64,000 nucleotides of DNA from a virus: the IMG/VR virus record IMGVR_UViG_3300047510_000439; one strand, 5' to 3'. Shown here piece after piece: positions 56,201 to 64,000 of this stretch. The notes under the pieces were generated by a model that had not been told where the DNA came from, searched no databases, and saw nothing but the letters and a program-made list of their open reading frames with translations. The first letter of the stretch is position 1; each line of letters begins with the position of its first letter. Both the position numbers and the translations under genes were made by a program.

Positions 56201-59200
56201 GAAGAAAAGAAATTCCAAGAAGCGCCGCAGCCAGTACAGTTAGTTGATCAGTTACCAGTTGAATCGTTTGATAATATCTATAGAATAAGACCATTTGAAG
56301 TTTACGACAAACCTGAAGGATACAATCATAAGCCGTTTCCAACTACTACAATAGATCCCGACTATCTATTAAGCAGTGGTTATGTACACGAAGAAGATGT
56401 TGAGTACAAGGCCGGCTCTATTGATGATTTAGAAATAACAGATATTAATCAGCTACAGCTAGGACAGTATATTTGGTTAACTAGAACTAACAGTGATGGG
56501 TGGACCGTTTATCAAATTTCTGATGCTATTGCAAATGTTACTGCCTTAGAAGCACTAGGTACGTTTACAGAAAACAACAAACCTATAATCAAATTAACTC
56601 TTGATAAATGGGCTGCTCCTATATTAAATGTAGGTGAATTAATTGCTGTCAAAGGAGCGACCGAATTTAATCTTACAGGTATTCATGAAGTAGATTTTCT
56701 AGATGCTGCAACAGTAAACATAGTTGCACCAGTTGAAAATGAAATAGAGCCTTTTGATAATCAGAAGTTTGTACTTGTAAAGTTAAGACAAGTACGTGTT
56801 TCTAATCTAGCTGCATTGAATAATCTAATACAAGAACAGATCTACGACAAGCAAAAAGTTTGGGTTGATAATTACAAAGATAATAATTGGGGTGTGTATC
56901 AGAATTCTCCAGTATACGGTGCAGTACAACAAGCACTAACTAATCCTGCACTGTTTGACAGTACAGATCATAGATACAGCACTTCGATGACAGCAACAGA
57001 TAATAATTATAATCTGTTTGTTTCTGCACCTGGCGACGGCGACGGCGTCGTATATCATTATAGAAGAACTAGGGATACAAATAATCTAATACAGGAACCA
57101 GCAATTAATCCTGATAGAGATCTCTTTAATACTACTAATAGTAACTTTGGCGAAAGTATTTCTGTAAGTCCTGACGGAGAGTTCTTAGCAGTTGGTATAC
57201 CAGATGCTAGCCAAATAAAAACAAGATTTAGAGGTAATTTTGATCCCACACAGACTTATAATAAAAATGAAATAGTAAAATACAGAGAAAGTTTGTGGAA
57301 AGCCAATAGAGTTATTCTGCCAACAACAACAAATCAGCCATTCTCAACATTTGATACCTATGTACAATTGGTGAACGAAGCTGACAGTGATTCTACAGCT
57401 ATTAAACTTTTAATATCGGGTAATCCTGGTCTAGATAATAGTATATCAGATCATTTCTTAGTACGTGCTCCGTTAGATATGTACCTTGGTACAAAATCTG
57501 GAGACCTAGTAAAACTAGGATGGAACCCAGTAAGTTTTGCTTATCCAACACTTGATCCTTATACCCCGTTTGACAATGAGATACCTGAACTGTCTTCTTA
57601 TATTGAAAATACACATGAGATACAGGCTAAGATTGATCACATATTATTTGTTGAAACATTTGTTGGTCTACCTGAGGTAGGAGAGCGAGTAACAACAAAT
57701 ACCGGGTCAGGCATAGTTCATTATGTAGATATCAAGGGTGATAGTGCAGTTATTTACGTTAAGGAAACTAACGGTACTTTTGATTTAACTGGTGAATTGT
57801 TTATTGATGACGCAGACTTTATTGGTTTTTATTCTGAAGAAGAAACTTATAATGTTGCAAGCAATCTAGGAGGTTTCTGGTTATTTAAAACCTATAGAGT
57901 TGGAGAACCACCCGAATCAGGTTATACTAGTGAGCTGTCAAATGTAGACGGTTTTACTTACAATAATAATAGCCGCTGGTATGACATTGGTAGAGGACTA
58001 GTTTATGTAGACGTTGTTACTGAAGAACACATAGGTAATCCTGGCAGACCATTTAACTATTATAATATACAAAAGACTATCAGTGAAATAGGTGTTTACA
58101 TCAGTAATAATAATCAAGCTAGTTTTATTGGACAGCTAACTTATTTTGGTGATCCTGGTAGAACCTATCTTGTAGATACAGAAGATGAATATCCATCTAA
58201 TCTATGGGTAGTCCGTGGATCAAAGGTTTATACTGACACTATTGAAACAGGTGACCACATTGAATTTCGTCTTTATGATCTAGACAACAGAACTATCGAT
58301 CTAGCATCAGCTGGACTTAGCTACGACATTTTAAATAAAGAACAAACTGTTTACGATCTTTGGGACGGATACATTGATTTTGAATACACTCGCTTCAACG
58401 CAGATGGTGATCCTTACGAGCCTGTAATAGGCGATATCTTACAAGATATACAAACACCGTTTGATGAATTTGGAGGATTAGCACTTACTAGCTATTCAAC
58501 TAGCACTGCTGAAGTTGTATTTTATCAACGAAAATTTAACTTTGTGCGTGTGTTTGTAAAGAATAAAACAGGTAACTGGGCAAGACTAAACAACATTGGA
58601 AGAGTTGAAGTACGTAGACTTGCTAATGTTACTGCACGTGGATCAAGTGATGTTTCGAGAACCATCGCTACAATAAACGATTTTAACAATGATGTTGTGC
58701 TAGGAAATGATCTTATTGGTAAGCTAGTTGTTTTCCAACATACTAGTAATTTTCCTCTAGTTTCAAATCCTTATATAACAGACGAAGAATATTATTTCTT
58801 CAATGAAGTAATTGATAACGGTGCTGCTAGAGACGAAAATCCACCAAACAGTTTAAACAAGGACTATACGCAGGTTTATAATATTCCGGGCGATGAGTTT
58901 GGTGCAGTAGGTCCTAATAGTGCAGGCGCAGTTGCAATTTATAACAAAACTGCAAACGGTTCTTATAAGCTTCTAGTTCTGTTAAGTAGCGAATATGCAA
59001 CGACTAATAGAAAATTTGGACAAAAAGTTAAGATAATACAGAACAAAGGTCTGTACACATTATTTGCTTCTAGCGTTGGTGACACTTCGGACGATTACGG
59101 ATCAATTGAAATCTTCAAACACGGGTACGAACCTGGCGAATATTTTAAAGGCAATTGGAAAGTATCATCTAGTTACCTAAAAAATGATATTGTACGTAAC

Positions 59201-62200
59201 AGAGACAATTATTACAAGGCAATAAAAAATATTTCTCCTGATGATAGTATTAATATTAATAATTCTATCTACTGGAATAAAATTAGCTGGAGACAAGCTA
59301 AGGATGAAAATTATCAAGGAGCCCTTAATACTGCGTATCCTTATTCAATAGGATCTATAGTAAGTTATGACGGCTCATTATATAGAGCAAAAACTAATAT
59401 TGCTGCAGGATCTAGTTTAAACTTTAATGAGTGGGAATTAGTATCAAACAATATTGATTATTTGGGATATTTGCCTAACAGAACAAGCAATGCGTTTTAT
59501 GGTGAAGAAATTTATTCACCGTCAAGCACTTATATAGAACAGTTTGCTATAGATTATGACGTTAGCGATAGCGGATCAGTTATAGCAGTACTCACAAAAG
59601 AAGTTGATTCAGATAGTACTTCTAGAGTCAATCTAGTAATTTATAGATTAATAGATGAGCAATATCTTCTAGATCAAACTATTGAGTTAGGTAAAAATAC
59701 AACTAGAGTGTCAATAAGTCCTCAAGGAAATATTATTGCTGTATCTGAACCTGAAAATGATGAAAGAAAAACTGATCAAGGTAAGGTGGTTGTTTACAGA
59801 CAAGTTAATGGAGCATTTGCTTATGCACAAACTCTGCTTCCTCCGCAAAATGAGGAATCTGAAAAGTTTGGTTCAAGCATAGCTTTTAGCGATGATAATT
59901 TTGTTGTGTCAAGCCTTAACGGTGACATGAAGATACCAACTACATTTGATGTGGATAATAATAACGAAACAACGTTTGATAGAGACTACACAACATTTAA
60001 AAATGTTATTAAAGATACGGGTGTTGTTTATATATTTGAAGATATTGAAGATAGTTTAGTATATTCTGAATCGTTCAGATATGATAATGCTACAATACAG
60101 TTTGGTGAAAACTTGTTATCTAATGGTAATCATATCTACGTTGGTATGCAGAGTGTTGGCAACGACAACTATAAAGGAACAATTCTTAACTATCGTAAAA
60201 CAAAGAATGCTGTTGCATGGAACAGAACAAGAGAACTAGTCCCTCCTGTAGATGTTTCAAAGATTCGAGGAGCGTTCTTATATAATAAAAGAACTAATCA
60301 AATTGTAACTTATTTAGATTACATAGATCCTATACAGGGTAAGATAGCAGGACCTGCAGAACAAGAAATTACTCATAGAGTTCCTTATGACCCTGCTACA
60401 TACAACGTTGGTGTATTTACAGGCGTTGACAAAGATACTTTCTGGGCCGAAGAACATGTGGGCGAAGTATGGTGGAATCTAAAAACAGCAAGATTTACAT
60501 ACCCATATCAAGGAGATATACAGTATCAAAAGGCCAATTGGAATGAGCTACAGCCTGGATCGTCTATCGATGTTTATGAATGGGTTGAAAGTCGATTCCT
60601 TCCTAGTCAGTGGGACACACTAGCTGATAGTGAGTCTGCACTAAACGAAGGCATAAGCGGAGTTTCAATTTACGGTGATAATCTCTACACTCAAAAGTTT
60701 GTATATGATCCTGTTTCTAAAACATTTAGTAATAGATTTTATTTTTGGGTAGGTAGAAAATTAACAGTACCCAAAGTTGAAAACAGATCTCTAAGTGTAT
60801 TTGATATAGCTAGACTAATAGCAACGCCACGAGAGCAAGGCTACAGATTTGTTAACTTCTTAGGTTCAGATAGATTCCTGTTGAATAATTGTGATTCTTT
60901 AATCTATAACGATGATATAGTATTGAATATTAAATATGCAACTGGTAAAAACACAGAACAACAGCTTCACAGTGCATACTATATTATGTCAGAAGGATTA
61001 GAATCAAGTTCTATTCATCCCGACATTGAACGAAAATGGTTTGATAGTTTGATAGGATTTGATGAACAGAATAGAACAATTCCTGACACAAAACTAACTG
61101 TAAAACAAAAATACGGAGTTCAAAACAGACCTCGACAGAGTATGTTTGTAAACAGAGAAGAAGCTCTAAAGCAGGTTATTGAAAGAATAAATTCTGTACT
61201 AGTTACTGAGTCTATTTTAGATAGTTATAACACATCGTCGCTGATGTTAAAGGATAACGAACCAACTGAAATAGATAGAACTTTTGACAGCACAATTGAT
61301 ACACTTGAAGAATTAAGATTTGTTAGTACAAACAAGATTTCTCAAGCTGTTCTTACACCTATAATTCAAAATGGACGCATTGTTCGTGTTGATATAGATG
61401 ATCCAGGTCGAGGATATAAAATTGTACCTACATATACACTGGTAGGACCAGGAACTGATGCTGAATTTGAGCTTACTATTAATAACCTAGGACAAATTAC
61501 AGATGTAACTATTCTTAATTCAGGAAGAGGTTATGATGATAACACTAGAATCCTTGTTAGAAAACATAGTGTATTGGTAAAAAATGATGCATCAATACAC
61601 GGTAAATGGGCAATTTATTCTTGGAATAATGAAACAAGTTCATGGTTTAGATCTACTATACAAGGGTATGATGTAACAGCTTATTGGTCTTATGCTGACT
61701 GGTATGCTAATGGCTATAACACCTTTACTAAAATAGATCATGAGATTGATGTAACTGATGACATTTTTAAACTAAATGTAAATTTAGGTAGTACTGTAAG
61801 AATAGCTAATGTAGGATCAGGTGGTTGGTTACTTCTAGAAAAAATAGCAGCAGTTGACTCTGAAGATTACACTGTTAATTACAAAACTATTGGTAGACAG
61901 AACGGAACTATACAATTTAAAGACACTCTGTATAATTTCCAAAAAAATACTATAGGATTTGATAATAGAAACTATGACAGTGTTGCATACGACAATCTTT
62001 CAGCAAGGGAATTGCGAATCATTTTAAATGCAATAAAGAACGATATTTTTGTAGGTAATTTAAAAGTTGAATATAACAAATTATTCTTTGCATCTTTACG
62101 ATATATTCTTACTGAACAGAATTATGTTGATTGGTTCTTTAAGACTAGCTTTATTAAGATTAAACACAATGTTGGTAAGCTAGAACAAGACCTAACTTTT

Positions 62201-64000
62201 AACACAGATACTTTACCAAGTTATAGAAAATATGTTGAAGAAGTTAAACCTTACAAGACTGTTATTAGAGAATTTGTAAGTGCTTATGAAACTACTGAAA
62301 ATACGAATAGTTCAGTATCTGATTTTGACTTACCTCCATTCTATAGTAAACTAGATAGAAAGAATATTACTACTGATGCTATTGTAGTATCAAGTAGAAT
62401 AATCAGTGACGACGAAAATTTAACAGAATATCCAAGAAAAAATTGGTTAGATAATGTTGGTTATATTGTTAAAGAGATACAGGTCAAAAATGGCGGCAGC
62501 GGATTCTTATACAAGCCTGTTGTTCGCTTAGTTGGAGGAGGAGGAACAGGTGCTACAGCTGAAGCATATTTAGGTTATGGAAAAGTTACGTCTATTAAAG
62601 TAATAAATCCTGGCAAAAATTACATTACTGCACCTCAGGTTATTATTGAAGGATCTCAACTAGACACCGGAACTCCAGCAACTGCTTCTGCTATTCTTGG
62701 CAGCGGTGTAGTTAGAACTCCAACAGTAAAAATTAAGTTTGACAGAACTTCTAAAAACTACTTTATTAGCACATTAGATCAGACTGAAAATTTTATTGGT
62801 GAAAGCATAAGAACTACCTACGACCTAGAATGGCCTATCGATTTGCAACCAAAAAATATTAAGGTTTATATCGATAACGAAGAACAACTTAGAAGTACAT
62901 ATACTTGTTCTAACGCAACAAACAAAGACATTGGTTATACTAGACAACAGGGTAGATTAAAATTTGTTAAGCCGCCTGTACTTGATGCAGCTATACGAAT
63001 AGAATATAAGCGTCCCCTGTCTATGTTAAATGCATCTGATAGAATCAATTTTGCTTATAACCCTCTAGCAGGAATGCTAGGCAAAGACTTAGCACAGCTA
63101 ATGGATGGTGTTGACTACGGCGGCGTTGAAGTAACAAGTTTTGACTTTGGTGGTCCTGGTGGCTGGGACGTAAAAGGATGGTATACTGATACTTGGGACA
63201 CGTTTGACAATACATTTGAAGATGATGTGTTTACATTTGACGGTTCAACTTCAGTAATAGAATTATCAACTGTTCTCGAAAACGGTGTGATCTATAACAT
63301 ATACCTTAACGGTGACAGAATAGATGATCCTAATTTTGGAACACCTCAGCAGTATAATCCTAATGCCCGAATGCCAAGTATTATAGGCGACGGTGAAACT
63401 AAGATTATTGATCTAGGAGAATACGGATTCTTTGCTAACGACAATGACGTTTTGATTGTTAGAAAGTACACTAGTGATGGTAGCTTTATTCCAGATCCTG
63501 AAAGTTATGATACTGCATTATCTGGTGGAGATTTACCTTATACTACAGCTAAGGGAGTTAGGGCTGAAGAAATTGTAGTTGACGGCGACGGATTTGTAAC
63601 ACCTACTACAAGTAAGGGTCCTGAAGAATTAGTACCAGGACAAGTATTAGACACAGTTGATATCAAAGTTTATACTAGAGATAGTGTAGGTCAGGGAATG
63701 ATTTATAGTCAAAGTTACATAATGGATGCAACTGTAACTACATACTCGTTAGGAGTTGTTCCTGGCACTCGACCTTCTATATTTGTTAAAATGGATAACA
63801 GATTATTAGCCAATGAAGAGTATACTATTGATTGGGAAAATAATTCAATAACAATTCTTACACCTATAGACGGTGTAGAACTTAATATTTTAACTGTTGA
63901 AAGAGGCGGACAGGACATAGTTGACTATGGTAGAATTATAGCAGATGCTTCAACTACTGACTATGAAATTTCTAGAAAATATGTAGAAGGAATGACAGCA
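50219..64000 (+). CDS. giant baseplate/fibre-network structural protein, 5' part only (at least 4594 codons, no stop before the window end)
   Basis: ATG at 50219 overlaps TAATAATG, 2 nt after the gp6-like stop. I read this frame codon by codon to 64000 and met no stop. It is absent from the ORF track because it is open-ended; only four ORFs of 63-70 aa on other frames are listed in this 13.8 kb. It begins MSNHTQNENALPVPGNNSRAVSDLLPRYFRTEANKKFLQSTLDQLVQPG and contains CBM-like, FG-GAP-like and G(R/S)GY Ig-like modules. Confidence 0.85.
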   Translation, partial: MSNHTQNENALPVPGNNSRAVSDLLPRYFRTEANKKFLQSTLDQLVQPGVAEKISGFFGRKNSKAYAAGDNYIGDVSKARENYQLEPALVIKDNLDNVTFYKDYNDYVNQLKIFGANTTNHSRLNSQETYAWNPNIDWDKFVNFREYYWIPTGPKTVRVTGQAKEVISTYTVRLTDNGDNVSYLFSPDGFTSNPSLKLYRGQTYRFDIDCVGHPMAIAISRTFTPGNAVVVAGREGVRGEGLFDAKLYGNDYDLGDYIILPDSGSVTFDADENVSTLYPDGIRKLGEAGEEIANVYIEKGIIEFTIPINAPDKLYYISKNDVDVSGLIKIYDIEENTFLDVETEILGKKTYKSANGIEFTNGLKVEFLGTVVPKIYSEGNWYVEGVGDKIRLIEEKDLIIPASYTANINVPFDSEGFDTLPFSDSSSYAKEKDYIVINRSSRDRNPWSRYNKWIHKDVLIKTAEYNKIPFDIDENLRAKRPIIEFEAGLKLYNYGSFAKLDVDLVDAFTLDVFSTIEGSLGYNIDGIDVADGMRILFTADRDKLVNGKIYQVKFVTIGNNRQISLIEVSDSEPLDLETVFVINGNNYGGKTFHYHGDRWMLAQEKTKRNQPPLFELVDAEGNNQSNSNIFNATTFKGSKIFSYKIGNGANDIELGFPLSYKNIENSGDIEFEFNLLTDTFTYQTETDIISVSTSTSCLKKFTDRTNFDYVNGWSKTPTVSKQKVIRQYVSTQAENNNFQIDVYNKAAFITDLRVNVFVNNKLKKQELDYTLDRINEKVFVRFFNDLEENSNVILKTDSTTPKNDNGWYDFPINLERNPLNEDISTFTLGEVIDHVDSMIEDIYEFTGTYPGPSNLRDLGELDVYGKRFVKHSSPLNLALYHITNKKYNIVKAMDYSRKEYARFKRIFIETASTLGYDGEIKQHVDLILKEINRDKVKSQPFYFSDMINWGNDNKVIEYEVLDPRNPFYPLSEVFDITVPSQRAVNVYLNGYQLVHNKDYTFNNEGFLVLDSYQQEGDILRIYETSSTDGSFIPPTPTKLGLYPSYVPQLIIDDTYLSEEPVINGPFKIYGEDETTSKIGWFYPVYTSRRAAQNADSNNAAKQLVLAGYNRVLYIPTNTGIEAGTDNVELDEYPVGTAVIRGHDGSFVKAFKDYRDTLIIDLEKRIFNNIKVFYNPLETELLYGEGTLSLFDFVPGKFRKTEFTRNEINESLRGSFVEWLSLVETDYTSNYFYERENQFTFNYSTMTNVVDGTSLPGFWRGVYKEQFDTDRPHSHPWEILGFTIKPKWWNEVYGPAPYTGNNGVMWGDIEKGIIREPGKQVRVLEKFARPGLTSFIPVDSKGRLLSPIAANIAKNFVYRNTTQSFEFGDEAPVETAWRRSSEYPFAILRAWVLNQPSKAMGVGFDTSRLDKNLVGQYVYKDTKKHLTLADLQLPNTYEDASRIQTSGLINFIYNLVASNILTVYNDYKTDLVSIRNQLGLKLGGFTDKQKLKIVLDSRSPKASESEGVFVPEENYQVFLNTSSPVETIVYSGVIVEKAPDGFIIRGYNNEIPYFKYFQTQSTQNDVTVVVGGITESASEWAANRRYVKGQLLINSFKYYRVTDNFTSGPSFTTNNLALLSDIPIVGGKRAQFKKNFLKSSNKILTYGTKLSTSQDVVDFILGYDAYLKYQGFTFDYFNRETNFVENWDNAAREFLFWTTQGWASGTTISLSPGATSLNLSTAYSVADDILDVFYSYGVVKQDGDALDRKFISIYRNKNVFEVRPKNTNDGIYGVSIPVVQKEHVLLIDNTTVFNDIIYQPSTGYRQERLKVTGYRSDNWTGGLDIPGFIFDDATITDWEPWQDYSVGSLVKFKQFYYVAIYQITGSEEFNSNFWYRLNEKPVPKLYTNFDYKINQFSDFYDLDSDNFDAEQQRLAQHLIGYQKREYLANIINDDISQYKFYQGFIQDKGTKNAITKLFDPLSGSDRDSFDFYEEWAIQVGRYGAVDNVQQVEYTLEEKKFQEAPQPVQLVDQLPVESFDNIYRIRPFEVYDKPEGYNHKPFPTTTIDPDYLLSSGYVHEEDVEYKAGSIDDLEITDINQLQLGQYIWLTRTNSDGWTVYQISDAIANVTALEALGTFTENNKPIIKLTLDKWAAPILNVGELIAVKGATEFNLTGIHEVDFLDAATVNIVAPVENEIEPFDNQKFVLVKLRQVRVSNLAALNNLIQEQIYDKQKVWVDNYKDNNWGVYQNSPVYGAVQQALTNPALFDSTDHRYSTSMTATDNNYNLFVSAPGDGDGVVYHYRRTRDTNNLIQEPAINPDRDLFNTTNSNFGESISVSPDGEFLAVGIPDASQIKTRFRGNFDPTQTYNKNEIVKYRESLWKANRVILPTTTNQPFSTFDTYVQLVNEADSDSTAIKLLISGNPGLDNSISDHFLVRAPLDMYLGTKSGDLVKLGWNPVSFAYPTLDPYTPFDNEIPELSSYIENTHEIQAKIDHILFVETFVGLPEVGERVTTNTGSGIVHYVDIKGDSAVIYVKETNGTFDLTGELFIDDADFIGFYSEEETYNVASNLGGFWLFKTYRVGEPPESGYTSELSNVDGFTYNNNSRWYDIGRGLVYVDVVTEEHIGNPGRPFNYYNIQKTISEIGVYISNNNQASFIGQLTYFGDPGRTYLVDTEDEYPSNLWVVRGSKVYTDTIETGDHIEFRLYDLDNRTIDLASAGLSYDILNKEQTVYDLWDGYIDFEYTRFNADGDPYEPVIGDILQDIQTPFDEFGGLALTSYSTSTAEVVFYQRKFNFVRVFVKNKTGNWARLNNIGRVEVRRLANVTARGSSDVSRTIATINDFNNDVVLGNDLIGKLVVFQHTSNFPLVSNPYITDEEYYFFNEVIDNGAARDENPPNSLNKDYTQVYNIPGDEFGAVGPNSAGAVAIYNKTANGSYKLLVLLSSEYATTNRKFGQKVKIIQNKGLYTLFASSVGDTSDDYGSIEIFKHGYEPGEYFKGNWKVSSSYLKNDIVRNRDNYYKAIKNISPDDSININNSIYWNKISWRQAKDENYQGALNTAYPYSIGSIVSYDGSLYRAKTNIAAGSSLNFNEWELVSNNIDYLGYLPNRTSNAFYGEEIYSPSSTYIEQFAIDYDVSDSGSVIAVLTKEVDSDSTSRVNLVIYRLIDEQYLLDQTIELGKNTTRVSISPQGNIIAVSEPENDERKTDQGKVVVYRQVNGAFAYAQTLLPPQNEESEKFGSSIAFSDDNFVVSSLNGDMKIPTTFDVDNNNETTFDRDYTTFKNVIKDTGVVYIFEDIEDSLVYSESFRYDNATIQFGENLLSNGNHIYVGMQSVGNDNYKGTILNYRKTKNAVAWNRTRELVPPVDVSKIRGAFLYNKRTNQIVTYLDYIDPIQGKIAGPAEQEITHRVPYDPATYNVGVFTGVDKDTFWAEEHVGEVWWNLKTARFTYPYQGDIQYQKANWNELQPGSSIDVYEWVESRFLPSQWDTLADSESALNEGISGVSIYGDNLYTQKFVYDPVSKTFSNRFYFWVGRKLTVPKVENRSLSVFDIARLIATPREQGYRFVNFLGSDRFLLNNCDSLIYNDDIVLNIKYATGKNTEQQLHSAYYIMSEGLESSSIHPDIERKWFDSLIGFDEQNRTIPDTKLTVKQKYGVQNRPRQSMFVNREEALKQVIERINSVLVTESILDSYNTSSLMLKDNEPTEIDRTFDSTIDTLEELRFVSTNKISQAVLTPIIQNGRIVRVDIDDPGRGYKIVPTYTLVGPGTDAEFELTINNLGQITDVTILNSGRGYDDNTRILVRKHSVLVKNDASIHGKWAIYSWNNETSSWFRSTIQGYDVTAYWSYADWYANGYNTFTKIDHEIDVTDDIFKLNVNLGSTVRIANVGSGGWLLLEKIAAVDSEDYTVNYKTIGRQNGTIQFKDTLYNFQKNTIGFDNRNYDSVAYDNLSARELRIILNAIKNDIFVGNLKVEYNKLFFASLRYILTEQNYVDWFFKTSFIKIKHNVGKLEQDLTFNTDTLPSYRKYVEEVKPYKTVIREFVSAYETTENTNSSVSDFDLPPFYSKLDRKNITTDAIVVSSRIISDDENLTEYPRKNWLDNVGYIVKEIQVKNGGSGFLYKPVVRLVGGGGTGATAEAYLGYGKVTSIKVINPGKNYITAPQVIIEGSQLDTGTPATASAILGSGVVRTPTVKIKFDRTSKNYFISTLDQTENFIGESIRTTYDLEWPIDLQPKNIKVYIDNEEQLRSTYTCSNATNKDIGYTRQQGRLKFVKPPVLDAAIRIEYKRPLSMLNASDRINFAYNPLAGMLGKDLAQLMDGVDYGGVEVTSFDFGGPGGWDVKGWYTDTWDTFDNTFEDDVFTFDGSTSVIELSTVLENGVIYNIYLNGDRIDDPNFGTPQQYNPNARMPSIIGDGETKIIDLGEYGFFANDNDVLIVRKYTSDGSFIPDPESYDTALSGGDLPYTTAKGVRAEEIVVDGDGFVTPTTSKGPEELVPGQVLDTVDIKVYTRDSVGQGMIYSQSYIMDATVTTYSLGVVPGTRPSIFVKMDNRLLANEEYTIDWENNSITILTPIDGVELNILTVERGGQDIVDYGRIIADASTTDYEISRKYVEGMTA

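Noticed and set aside
1-64000. Companion PQQ genes (pqqB/C/D/E) for the PqqA-like ORF
   Set aside because: No listed protein shows a radical-SAM CxxxCxxC motif, a metallo-beta-lactamase HxHxDH motif or a PqqC/PqqD-like sequence. The peptide therefore appears to stand alone within this window.
1-64000. tRNA genes, CRISPR arrays, integrase/transposase, lysogeny module
   Set aside because: No T-arm/acceptor patterns, no regularly spaced direct repeats outside coding repeats, and no recombinase-like ORFs were recognised. The tandem DNA repeats found are all in-frame coding repeats.

Overview
AT-rich tailed-phage DNA with a T4-superfamily core gene set; no tRNA, rRNA, CRISPR array, integrase or transposase recognised by eye.

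Layout:
- Minus strand, 1-30312 (transcription order, high to low coordinates): a tape-measure-like or internal protein with four tandem repeats, gp20-like portal, two small genes including a Cst-II/DUF115-like enzyme, a hyper-acidic protein, gp21-like prohead protease, gp22-like scaffold and gp23-like major capsid protein. About 19 kb of fibre or receptor-binding genes follow: four mosaic 1000-1800 aa beta-helix proteins, three paralogous ~110 aa proteins, and an open-ended Gly/Cys-rich ORF at the window start.
- 30391-31493 (+): two small genes.
- 31490-37187 (-): an Ala/Pro-rich 275 aa protein, a ~0.4 kb GC-rich ORF-free structured region, a free-standing GIY-YIG endonuclease, the gp46/gp47 recombination nuclease pair and a gp55-like late sigma factor.
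- 37264-64000 (+): a baseplate module of gp48/54-like, LysM-like, a 1112 aa protein, a transglycosylase protein, a gp5-like spike with an M15 peptidase, gp25-like and gp6-like genes.

Three items the ORF track does not show:
- A 23-codon PqqA-like ORF at 20106-20177 (-), with its own SD and flanking terminators.
- A giant ORF open from 50219 to the window edge (at least 4594 codons).
- The 5' part of a minus-strand ORF at 1-605.

A recurring (G)ATAAATA(C) motif upstream of late genes fits gp55-type late promoters.

All family assignments rest on motif recognition from memory, not on searches.
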